DNA of 64,000 nucleotides from an uncultured Pelagibacteraceae bacterium (GTDB lineage Bacteria; Pseudomonadota; Alphaproteobacteria; Pelagibacterales; AG-422-B15): NCBI GenBank assembly GCA_902577765.1, contig CACHAK010000001.1, positions 263,040 to 327,039 of the forward strand, read 5' to 3'. Shown piece by piece: positions 41,001 to 48,128 of this stretch (position 1 is its first letter; each line of letters starts with the position of its first letter). The notes under the pieces were generated by a model. It saw only the letters and a program-made list of their open reading frames with translations, ran no database searches and was not told where the DNA came from. The position numbers and the translations under genes were made by a program.

Positions 41001-44000
41001 AAATCCAGATTTAAGTCCTGATCAGCTCGATGCACTCATAGACAATTTTGCTGGAAATGCTGTTGGAGCAATTGCTCAAGGAATGGCAGTTGGTGATCCT
41101 GATATCGCTGGTGACATGGCAGGTATTATGATGGATGCTGCCATGGCCAATCCTGAGATGGCTGAAAACTTTGTAGGCGAGATTGCAGGGGGTATGGCTG
41201 CGGGCGCTCCACAACAAGCAGGTGAAATTGCTGTTGGAATGATGGAAGCTAACCCTGATATGGCTGGAGATATTGCTGGCGGGGCTGCTGCTGGTAATCC
41301 GCAAGTTGCAGCAGGAGTTGCAATGGAAATGGTTGGAGCGGATCCAAATTTAGTAAATGATATTGCTGGTGGAGTTGCTGAGATGGCACCCGCCACTGCA
41401 GGAGGTGTTGTTGGTGCAATGGTTGCTGATAACCCTGATGTTGCTGCTGGAGTAATTGACGCAGCAATGACAGCAAACCCAGCTGCTGCTGGCGCTGTTG
41501 CTGGTGGAGTTTTAGCGGCTGTTCCTGATGGTGAGGCTGCTGTTGGAATAATGCAAGATGTGGCCGCTGCAAATCCAGATGCAGCTGGAGCTTTTGCAGG
41601 AGGAATGGCTCAAGCTAACCCAGCCGCTGCTGGCGAAATAGCTGGTAGCCTTGCTGCTATTGATCCAGCACTTGCTGGAGATATGGCGGGCGCGATGGCA
41701 ACCGCTAACCCAGCCGCTGCAGGTTTGGTTGCCGCAGGTGTTGCTGAACTTGCACCTGACGCTGTGGGTGCAATTGCTGGTTCTATGGCGGATGCAAACC
41801 CTGCTATTGCAGGACAAGTCGCAGCAGGCATGGCTCAATTTGATCCTGGTGCAGCTGCACAGTTTGCCGGTGATTTAGTTGCTGCTAATCCTGATATGGC
41901 TGCAAATATTGCAAGTGGAATGGCGCAGCTGGCTACACAAGGTGGAATGGCTGATCTTGCCGGTGAATTTATGGGTCAAATGGCTGCTGCAAACCCTGAG
42001 ATGGCTGGAATGATGGCTGCTGGAATGACTCAAATGATGGGTAATCAAGGAGCTGCATTCATGGCTGACATGGGCGATGTTATGGGAGCTGATATGGCCG
42101 CTCAATTACAAGCTGATATGCAGTCACAAATGGCTGATATGCAATCAATGATGCAAAACGCTATGCAAGGTGGAGAAATGTTTATGGGCCCAATGATGAC
42201 TGCTGATATGATGGGGCCAGCAGACTTTGGTGGAATGATGGACATGGATATGGGCATGCTCCCTGGTATGGATATGGGCATGGGACCTATGATGGGTATG
42301 CCTGGTATGGGTCCAATGATGGGACCAGATCCTATGATGGGAATGATGGGACCAGATCCTATGATGATGGGCATGGACCCAATGATGATGGGTGGACCAA
42401 TGATGGGACCAGATCCGATGATGATGGGTGGAATGCCTGGAATGGGACCTATGATGGGGCCAGATCCTATGATGCAACTTGGAATGGATATGGGCATGGA
42501 TCCTATGATGATGATGAATGATCCGATGGCAGCGATGAATATGGGTATGGATATGATGATGAACGATCCAGCCATGATGCAAATGGGAATGGATTTCTTT
42601 GGCGGCCCTGAAAACATGATGAACGAAATGATGATGGGTATGAACGATATGATGATGGGTGGAATGCCAGGAATGGGACCTATGGGCATGGACCCTATGA
42701 TGGGAATGATGGGACCAGATCCTATGATGATGGGTGCAATGCCAATGACTCAAGGGATGATGACGAATATGGGCATGGACCCTATGATGATGGGAGGTCC
42801 AATGATGGGACCAGATCCTATGATGATGGGCATGGATCCACAAATGATGATGGACAATATGGTCATGATGGGCATGGACCCAATGATGGCAACTCAAATA
42901 GGTATGATGGATGACCCGATGATGGGAATGATGCAAATGGGCATGGACCCAATGATGGGTGGAATGGACCCAATGATGATGGGTGGAATGGACCCAATGA
43001 TGATGGACCCAATGATGATGGGTGGAATGCCAGGAATGGGACCTATGGGTATGGATCCTATGATGGGCGGTATGCCAATGGATGGCTATATGGACCCATA
43101 TGCAATGGGTGGAATGCAAATGACTCCAGGTATGATGGAAGGTATGGGTATGGACCCAATGATGGGTGGCATGGACCCAATGATGATGGGTATGGACCCA
43201 ATGATGGGCGGCATGGACCCAATGATGATGGGCGGTATGATGGGCATGGACCCTGGCATGATGGGCGGTATGGACCCTATGATGATGGGCGGCATGGATC
43301 CTGGTATGGGCCAAATGGGCCAAATGATGCAAATGGGCGCAGAGATGGGCATGGGCATGGAAGGTATGATGCAAATGGGTATGGAAATGGGCATGAACAT
43401 GAACCCTATGGAAGGTATGATGGGCGAAATGGGCGGCATGATGGGCATGGACCCAGGTATGGGTATGGACCCAATGATGGGTGGCATGGACCCAGGTATG
43501 GGCATGGACCCTGGCATGATGGGCATGATGGAAGGTTCAGGGCCAATGGAAGGTATGCCAATGGAAGGTATGCCAATGGAAGGTATGCCGATGGAAGGAA
43601 TGCCGATGGAAGGAATGCCGATGGAAGGAATGCCGATGGAAGGAATGCCTATGGAAGGTGAAGGAATGCCTATGGAAGGTGAAGTAGAAGGATTTATGGG
43701 CGCAATGTGGAACGGTGTTTTTTATAATCCAGGCCAACAAGCAGCTTACGAAGCAGCACAGCTAGCTGATCCAACAGGCGGCCAAAATGGTGGTATGGGT
43801 GCCGGCGGCGGCGGCGGCGGCGGCGGAGGAGGAGGAGGAGGTGAACAAATGGTTCATAACTCTACTCCAGGTCAAGATATGTTTAATGGTTCTGATGGCG
43901 TACAAGATACATTTGTATTTACTCTTGGACAAGGCCCAGGTGCAGGCACACCGTTTAATGCATTTACAATAACAGGCAATGCGGGCACGGCTGACTTTGT

Positions 44001-44217
44001 ATCAAATTTCAACCCTGCAGACGGCGATAAAATTAAAATACTTGACGCTGGAAGCTCACCACTTAACAATCCACTTGGAAGTAGTGATGTCGCAGTGTTG
44101 ACTCAAATGGGAATGACGATATTACATGTTGTTGGATCGAATGAAGTAATATATTCGACAAATGATACAGATCTCGCACAGGGAACTCTAAGTGATAGTG
44201 ATTTTACTGTAGCTTAG
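35041..44217 (+). CDS. Giant (3058 aa) Ala-rich repeat / Met-rich protein, putative T1SS substrate
   Basis: Open 9.2-kb frame with SD AAAGGA, no Sec signal; C-terminus GQDMFNGSDGVQDTFVF...DFVSNFNPADGDKIKI...DF resembles T1SS target domains; flanked by TolC, ABC and MFP genes. Confidence 0.88.
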   Translation: MPVTPAEAQEFFQEVAAAGSPEEQQALIQDYAANNDNPDEMLAAVVQANPAAAQQIATVTAQAIPEQAAEIAGAIAAAAPQTANATAAAMASAAPDIAEDVASDVVQNAPAAAGAVAASLTQINPEGAAEMAAAIAEVAPAAAGAVASAVAQAAPEHAVDAAASMAAANPAAASGAASAVAAADPEAASQVATAMAQAAPEAAAAVAAGVASGVAQAAIAEVNQETAQENAQAQADAQSQVAEVGQEGLSDIQGDLQETLLENNQAGQEAALEASQAATQEIIAEMIQMNPDAAAEIIAGTAASNPEAAAEMVQEMMASNPEGAVELCADIAEANPAAAALATEAIIEAAPEQAIEATAAMAEVAPAAAGAAAEVMAELAPDQAGDAAIAMQEAAPEAAAAIAGGVAQGNPDVAADVASEMAAADPEAAADIATGVAVAAQANAAQEVAAAQAEAQAQIAEASADLQADLTSDDPNVVAQAQAAIAEVQAAAQETIAEAQGAAAEVAQELAGDIAGAMMEANPEAIGDIAEQIAESAPGAAEGVMGAIAEVAPEQAVDAAATMADANPATAGAAVGAVSEALPELATEAAVAMAEAAPSAAANIAATVAQANPEAATEIASEMAAVAAGNENFSQDEALAMQTAIATQVASAAPEAAAEVAGAMVEAMTAVDGNASDGALAEAAAAMTANVASAATIADPEGAAELAGTMMEQMAEIPGIEPEALAETGAGMTANMASAAVQADPEGAADLAGAMMEVMADIPNVPEEFDMAGQMADMTTAIATQATAAAPDQAAELAGAMMEQMAEIPGAPADFDPAEQMAEMTANIATAVAAADPEAAGEIAGQMMEQMAEIPGVSPEDMADFNADMAAQVAQVAPETAGEVLGAMAAADPGAAAELATAMAEANPAAAGEAMAGLAEAAPELVADVAGAVAEAAPELSGALAAGVASGNPEIAAEAALALAEANPDAAAQIAASTAAANPEFAAEVTAAMADANPDAAADMAAAVAQFAPDAAASVASELISNDPEAAGELAAAMAEANPAAAGDIAGALMESAPEQAVAAAAAMAEASPAAAASAAQGMAAVVADAGFFDGGSADIATQAAAAMAEAAPEVAASVAAGIASGNPEMAADVAVAMAEAAPDSASAIAGGMARSAPDAVGDVIGAMADANPEALNDIATGVAQIAPAAAGDAMAAVVDANPEAAVAAATAMAAANPAAAQDITAAIIEVDPGAAADTAAALAEAVPQAAGMIAAGVAEAAPEAAADVAGSLAEANPAAAALIATSVAQAAPELAGDIAADMAEVNPQAMAGAVANIAATVAASNPDLAADIAGDMAAINPNAAGAIANVVSAQAPEAAAEAAAALIQANPDAAGAIAAGVAAQAPEAAADAASALVEANPDAAAAIVGGMANANPDAVADVAGAMMEAAPEAAAAMAGAVAQAAPEMAGDMAAAIAESNPELAVEAAAAMAEANPAAAQMAAEGMMEAAPELAADAANAMAAAAPEAAADIAGGMAMANPDAAADIAGAMVAANPDIAGDIATGVAMAAPVAMENVANTLIESNPEATATMAAVLAETAPGAADNMMSSVAELNPEAALAVAGAMAEANPMAAEGTAGAIADALPDIAADAAGAMAAANPDVAGDIAAGMAGSNPEIAGDIAGAMMDAAPEAAQGIAQGIAAAAPDQAAEVAGAMAEANPEFAGDIAGGMAAGDPGQAADIATAMAAANPEAAADIAGGVAEFAPSAAGDVAGAMVEANPEAATDMAAAMAEANPIAAGAAMGAMAEAAPEIAADAASAMVAANPDAAGLAAQSLADAAPELAADAATAMMEAAPDAAGAIAGGVARGDADIAAQVATDMVNANPELMGDIAGGVAQMAPGAAGDVAGAMVDANPDGAADMAAAVAENVPGVAGAVAGAIAEADPALAAEAAGAMMEANPAAASAAAAGMANAAPEVAGDVAGAMMEVAMDPEFATDFAENAATANPDLSPDQLDALIDNFAGNAVGAIAQGMAVGDPDIAGDMAGIMMDAAMANPEMAENFVGEIAGGMAAGAPQQAGEIAVGMMEANPDMAGDIAGGAAAGNPQVAAGVAMEMVGADPNLVNDIAGGVAEMAPATAGGVVGAMVADNPDVAAGVIDAAMTANPAAAGAVAGGVLAAVPDGEAAVGIMQDVAAANPDAAGAFAGGMAQANPAAAGEIAGSLAAIDPALAGDMAGAMATANPAAAGLVAAGVAELAPDAVGAIAGSMADANPAIAGQVAAGMAQFDPGAAAQFAGDLVAANPDMAANIASGMAQLATQGGMADLAGEFMGQMAAANPEMAGMMAAGMTQMMGNQGAAFMADMGDVMGADMAAQLQADMQSQMADMQSMMQNAMQGGEMFMGPMMTADMMGPADFGGMMDMDMGMLPGMDMGMGPMMGMPGMGPMMGPDPMMGMMGPDPMMMGMDPMMMGGPMMGPDPMMMGGMPGMGPMMGPDPMMQLGMDMGMDPMMMMNDPMAAMNMGMDMMMNDPAMMQMGMDFFGGPENMMNEMMMGMNDMMMGGMPGMGPMGMDPMMGMMGPDPMMMGAMPMTQGMMTNMGMDPMMMGGPMMGPDPMMMGMDPQMMMDNMVMMGMDPMMATQIGMMDDPMMGMMQMGMDPMMGGMDPMMMGGMDPMMMDPMMMGGMPGMGPMGMDPMMGGMPMDGYMDPYAMGGMQMTPGMMEGMGMDPMMGGMDPMMMGMDPMMGGMDPMMMGGMMGMDPGMMGGMDPMMMGGMDPGMGQMGQMMQMGAEMGMGMEGMMQMGMEMGMNMNPMEGMMGEMGGMMGMDPGMGMDPMMGGMDPGMGMDPGMMGMMEGSGPMEGMPMEGMPMEGMPMEGMPMEGMPMEGMPMEGMPMEGEGMPMEGEVEGFMGAMWNGVFYNPGQQAAYEAAQLADPTGGQNGGMGAGGGGGGGGGGGGGEQMVHNSTPGQDMFNGSDGVQDTFVFTLGQGPGAGTPFNAFTITGNAGTADFVSNFNPADGDKIKILDAGSSPLNNPLGSSDVAVLTQMGMTILHVVGSNEVIYSTNDTDLAQGTLSDSDFTVA
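35188..42030 (+). repeat. Degenerate 45-nt (15-aa) tandem coding repeat, Pro-x14
   Basis: e.g. PEQAAEIAGAIAAAA / PQTANATAAAMASAA / PDIAEDVASDVVQNA; register kept over ~2300 aa apart from insertions. Confidence 0.9.
42040..43545 (+). repeat. Met/Gly/Pro/Asp low-complexity region (MGMDPMM, MGPDPMM units)
   Basis: Recurrent ATGGACCCAATGATGGG-type units; 20 of 45 residues are Met in 42307-42441. Confidence 0.92.
43546..43650 (+). repeat. 15-nt tandem repeat x7 encoding (MEGMP)7
   Basis: ATGGAAGG(T/A)ATGCC(A/G/T) seven times without spacers. Confidence 0.97.
43804..43842 (+). repeat. (GGC)7(GGA)5GGT encoding Gly13
   Basis: Read directly from sequence. Confidence 0.97.
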
Positions 44218-44286
44218 TAAATATATCGAATACAAAATTTCAGCCTATATAGATTTCACTAATAAGGTGTAGTATCATTATTCAAT

Positions 44287-45933
44287 ATGTTATTTGTTTT
44301 CAGGAAAATTTTCGCCGACAGAGTACTTTTCTTTAAGATGTTAGTTGCATCTCTTTTTGTAAACCTGTTAGCTTTGGCAACTCCAATTTATGTTATTCAA
44401 GTTTTGCAGAGATACATTGCCTATGGAGTAATTTCTACCCTTATAACTCTTTTTTTTGGAATCATATTTATAGTTATTTTTGAATTTTTTTTCAAAAATA
44501 TTAGACATCGAATGGCGAGGCAATATGAGCTAGGCAATGTGACTTATGCCAATCAGGTTTTGAATAAACTCGTAACTATAAAAACCCAGATTTACGAGGT
44601 CTCTAAAAAATTTAGGAATGACATCATAAATCATCATTTATCAAATATACAAAATACATTTTCTGCTACTAATATTGTTTCTATATTAGATGTTCCATTC
44701 ACATTAATTTTTTTACTAGCTCTTTTTTTAATTCATTATCAGCTCGGCCTTATCACCCTCTTTTTTCTAGGATTGCCGTTCTTAGTTAATAAAGTTTTAA
44801 ATGAGAGGGTACATAAACTATCTCAACAGTCTGTGATGGATAATAACAACTCATTTAGATTATTTGAAAATGTAATAACAAGAAATAGTACAATTAAGTA
44901 CTTTAATATTTTACAGTTTATAAGCAATTCATGGAACTTAATTGCTAATAGAATTGCAAATACAAGAGAAAATCTCGAAACAGAGAAAAATTTAGTTAAT
45001 TCTTTTTCAGGCCTAATAGCATCTTTATTGACTGTCTTCATTATTGGATGGGGTGCAACACTTGCGGTTGATGGACAAATATCAGTAGGTGCTTTAATTG
45101 GCGCAAATATTCTAGCTGCAAGAGCCCTTATGCCAATAAATAGACTAGTTGTACTTCAAGACCAAATATCAAGAATGGAAGACTCTTATAATGAACTGAA
45201 TAGATTTTCGAGCTACGCATCTGATAAGTCTGAAGGAAGAGAAATACAAGATCTTAAAGGTAAGATAGTTTTAGAAGATGCTTTTTTTCAATACCCTGAA
45301 CAAAAAAACCCAATTTTTGAAAGTTTAAATCTTAGTGTTTCACCAGGGGAATTAGCAGTTATTGTGGGTAACAATGGATCGGGAAAATCGACACTTATTA
45401 AATCATTATCTGGAATTCTTGAGTTTACTAGAGGAAGATTTTTTTTAGATGATATTGAAGTAACTCAACTGGCTGAAAAATGGTATCGCAGAAATTTGAT
45501 ATACTCACCACAAGAGCCAAAATTTGTTGATGGAACTATTAAAGATAATTTAATTGGTGAAACGAAAATTGAACAAAACCAATTTGTTAAAATATTAACC
45601 GACACCAACTTAATTAATTTTATAAATTCAGATAAAAACGGTATTAATAAGATTTTAGACTCAAGTGATGATCAATTGCCATTAGGCATCAAAAAGAGAA
45701 TGGCCCTGGCAAGAGGGATGGTAAATAATGGAAAATTAATATTTCTGGATGAGCCTACAGAAGGTCTAGATAATGAAGCTAAAAAATCAGTAAATAAAAT
45801 AATTAAAAACTTCAAAAATGAAAAAAGAAGCTTAATTATTGCCACTAACGATCAATCAATAATTGATATATCTGATATTTTAATAGATCTAAATTCAAAA
45901 CCAAAACCGCAAGTAGTTAAACATAAAAAATGA
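44287..45933 (+). CDS. T1SS ABC exporter (TMD plus NBD, no C39-like domain)
   Basis: SLFVNLLALATPIYVIQV, GALIGANIL, GNNGSGKST, YSPQEP, FLDEPTEGLD. Confidence 0.9.
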   Translation: MLFVFRKIFADRVLFFKMLVASLFVNLLALATPIYVIQVLQRYIAYGVISTLITLFFGIIFIVIFEFFFKNIRHRMARQYELGNVTYANQVLNKLVTIKTQIYEVSKKFRNDIINHHLSNIQNTFSATNIVSILDVPFTLIFLLALFLIHYQLGLITLFFLGLPFLVNKVLNERVHKLSQQSVMDNNNSFRLFENVITRNSTIKYFNILQFISNSWNLIANRIANTRENLETEKNLVNSFSGLIASLLTVFIIGWGATLAVDGQISVGALIGANILAARALMPINRLVVLQDQISRMEDSYNELNRFSSYASDKSEGREIQDLKGKIVLEDAFFQYPEQKNPIFESLNLSVSPGELAVIVGNNGSGKSTLIKSLSGILEFTRGRFFLDDIEVTQLAEKWYRRNLIYSPQEPKFVDGTIKDNLIGETKIEQNQFVKILTDTNLINFINSDKNGINKILDSSDDQLPLGIKKRMALARGMVNNGKLIFLDEPTEGLDNEAKKSVNKIIKNFKNEKRSLIIATNDQSIIDISDILIDLNSKPKPQVVKHKK

Positions 45934-47144
45934 CAGAAAAATATTCTAATTTAAATACAAAGTATCAAAAGACTACAAACTTGCTTTTTTACTGTTTTTC
46001 AGCATTCACTTTTATAGCGATTATTTGGTCGTTTATCTTTCAAATTGACATCGTAAGCAATGCTGAAGGCCAAGTCATTCCTGTTGGAGAAGTGAAAACA
46101 ATACAGCATTTGGAGGGAGGTATTATTGAAAAAATATTAGTAAAAGAGAGTGAATATGTTGAAACAGGACAACCTCTAGTTGTTCTTGCTGCAACTGCTA
46201 GCGAAGTAGATGTTGAGGAATTGCAGGTAAGAATGGACACTCAAATAATTAAATCAATAAGACTTGAAGCGGAGATCAATGATTTTGAGGTTCCAATTTT
46301 TCCAGACTCGCTATCTACAAAAAGAGAAAAAATAGCAAATAAATCAATGGAATTGTTCCTAAGCAGACAAAAAACTTTTGAAGGAACATTAAAAGAATTT
46401 GATACATTGGTTACAAAAGCGCAAACTGATGTAGATATCTTGTTGAGACAGGCTGAGATGAGTCAACAATTAATGGAAGAGCAAGTAACATCAGAGTTTG
46501 CTCATTTAAACATTCTCAAAGAATTGAATAATGCAAAAGGAATTTTAGAGGAAACAATAGAAAAAAGGGAAAACTTCAAGAATCAGTTTGTTGAAGAGTC
46601 AAGAAATGAATTACAAATAGCACAAAGAGAACTTTCACAATCAGAAGAAACAATGAAGAAGTTAAAAGACAGTCTTAATCGAACAACAATTACTGCACCA
46701 GTTGACGGTGTTGTAAAAAATTTATTTTTCGTTACTGAGGGTGGAGTGATTAAGCCTGGTGGCTCTATATTAGACTTAGTACCCACAAAAGATAGCCTTA
46801 TTGTAGAGGCAAGACTTCCCAACAGTGATATTGGATTTGTAAAAGTAAATCAAGAAGCAGTAGTGAAACTATCTTCAGCTGATTCAGTAAATTTTGGCCA
46901 AATTAATGGTAAGGTCATACAGATTAGTCCCGATACAGAGCAAGATGAGAATGATAAACGAATTGTATTTTATAAAATACTTGTTGAAACTGAACAAAGC
47001 TATTTCCAAAGTAAGAACAGAATATACCAGCTTGTTCCTGGTGTAAAAGTTGTTGCGAGTATCCAAATTGGCCAAAGAACAGTTGCTAATTATTTGCTGT
47101 CTCCATTTATGGGAACTATGGATCAGACTTTCCAAGAAAGATAG
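45930..47144 (+). CDS. HlyD-family T1SS membrane fusion protein
   Basis: GQVIPVGEVKTIQHLEGGII, ITAPVDGVV, GGVIKPG, LVPGVKV, YLLSP. Confidence 0.93.
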   Translation: MTEKYSNLNTKYQKTTNLLFYCFSAFTFIAIIWSFIFQIDIVSNAEGQVIPVGEVKTIQHLEGGIIEKILVKESEYVETGQPLVVLAATASEVDVEELQVRMDTQIIKSIRLEAEINDFEVPIFPDSLSTKREKIANKSMELFLSRQKTFEGTLKEFDTLVTKAQTDVDILLRQAEMSQQLMEEQVTSEFAHLNILKELNNAKGILEETIEKRENFKNQFVEESRNELQIAQRELSQSEETMKKLKDSLNRTTITAPVDGVVKNLFFVTEGGVIKPGGSILDLVPTKDSLIVEARLPNSDIGFVKVNQEAVVKLSSADSVNFGQINGKVIQISPDTEQDENDKRIVFYKILVETEQSYFQSKNRIYQLVPGVKVVASIQIGQRTVANYLLSPFMGTMDQTFQER

Positions 47145-47190
47145 TAAAATTAACTCTTATTTTAGGTATTCAAATATTGTAAGCTTAAAT

Positions 47191-48123
47191 ATGAAAAATT
47201 TTATATCCTTACTTTTCATGATATTTTTTTTTGCAGCATCAACTGTTACAATTGCAAGTGATACAATAGAGCAAATTATTGAAAATAAAATCTCTTCTGG
47301 ATTAACAAATGTTGGCAATAAATTAGCTGAAATTATTCCTGGAGAGGGCGATACAGAAGTTACAATTTCAGAACAAGATAATTATGACATCAAATTTTCT
47401 ATCCTAGCAGTTCGTCCAATAGCAAAGAATCCATATAAGGGATTAAATAATGAACATTTATACTTTACACAACTACGTTTAAGTAGCCATGAACCCTTTG
47501 CAAACGGAGATGAAAGAACCTTATTGAATGCAGGTATTGGATTTAGAACTCTAGTAAATAATAACAATGCTATATTAGGTGCAAACTTATTTCATGATTA
47601 TGAATTTGATGAGGGTCATCAAAGAGGAAGTATCGGATTAGAATATCTTGCAAATAATTTTCAATTGTATGCAAACTTGTATGAAAGATTGTCAGATAAT
47701 GTGAATTATATGGTGGGATCTCAAACGGCTGTTGAAGAGGTAGTCAACGGCTATGATTTTTCAATTGTTGGACAGATACCATATATGCCTTGGGGAAAAC
47801 TAGTATATAAAGGCTACAATTGGGATAAAACAGGAAGTGATCTTGAGGGCCGAAGATTTTCTTTAGAAGCAAATCTATTGAGAGGAATGATATTTGAGTA
47901 CGGAAGAAATGACATAGATGATAGTTCTGATGAAGATTTTTATCAAATGACATTCAGATGGCCATCAAATCATTTAACTCCAACAGTCTTCTCACATACT
48001 ATTACGCAGTATGCTTTCCCAACAAAGAATATGAAAGCAGAAATGCTCCATAAAGTTAGACGAACAAATAATATAATTACCGAAAAAAGAAGTGGTGGGC
48101 TTGTAATAGGAAGAGGTAGCTAG
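47191..48123 (+). CDS. Inverse-autotransporter (intimin/invasin-type) beta-barrel without passenger
   Basis: Signal peptide; NAGIGFR, LGANLFHD, HQRGSIGLEY, VRRTNNII; ATG at 47191. Confidence 0.8.
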   Translation: MKNFISLLFMIFFFAASTVTIASDTIEQIIENKISSGLTNVGNKLAEIIPGEGDTEVTISEQDNYDIKFSILAVRPIAKNPYKGLNNEHLYFTQLRLSSHEPFANGDERTLLNAGIGFRTLVNNNNAILGANLFHDYEFDEGHQRGSIGLEYLANNFQLYANLYERLSDNVNYMVGSQTAVEEVVNGYDFSIVGQIPYMPWGKLVYKGYNWDKTGSDLEGRRFSLEANLLRGMIFEYGRNDIDDSSDEDFYQMTFRWPSNHLTPTVFSHTITQYAFPTKNMKAEMLHKVRRTNNIITEKRSGGLVIGRGS

Positions 48124-48128
48124 TATTG

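Noticed and set aside
42145-43374. 409-aa His-rich ORF on the minus strand that looks like a metal-binding protein
   Set aside because: CAT (His) is simply the reverse complement of the ATG runs in the Met-rich domain; it lies wholly inside the giant CDS
43546-43650. Tandem repeat as a possible CRISPR array
   Set aside because: 15-nt units, no spacers, in-frame coding, no cas genes
35024-44069. Dozens of Gln/Leu-, Ser/Ala- and Ile/Pro-rich ORFs on alternative frames
   Set aside because: Shadow frames from GCT/GCA/ATG repetition (few stop codons); no independent motifs
35041-44217. Raised GC content as a sign of horizontal transfer
   Set aside because: Explained by Ala/Gly/Pro codons; third positions remain A/T-biased (GCT, GCA) like host genes; no integrase or att repeat seen
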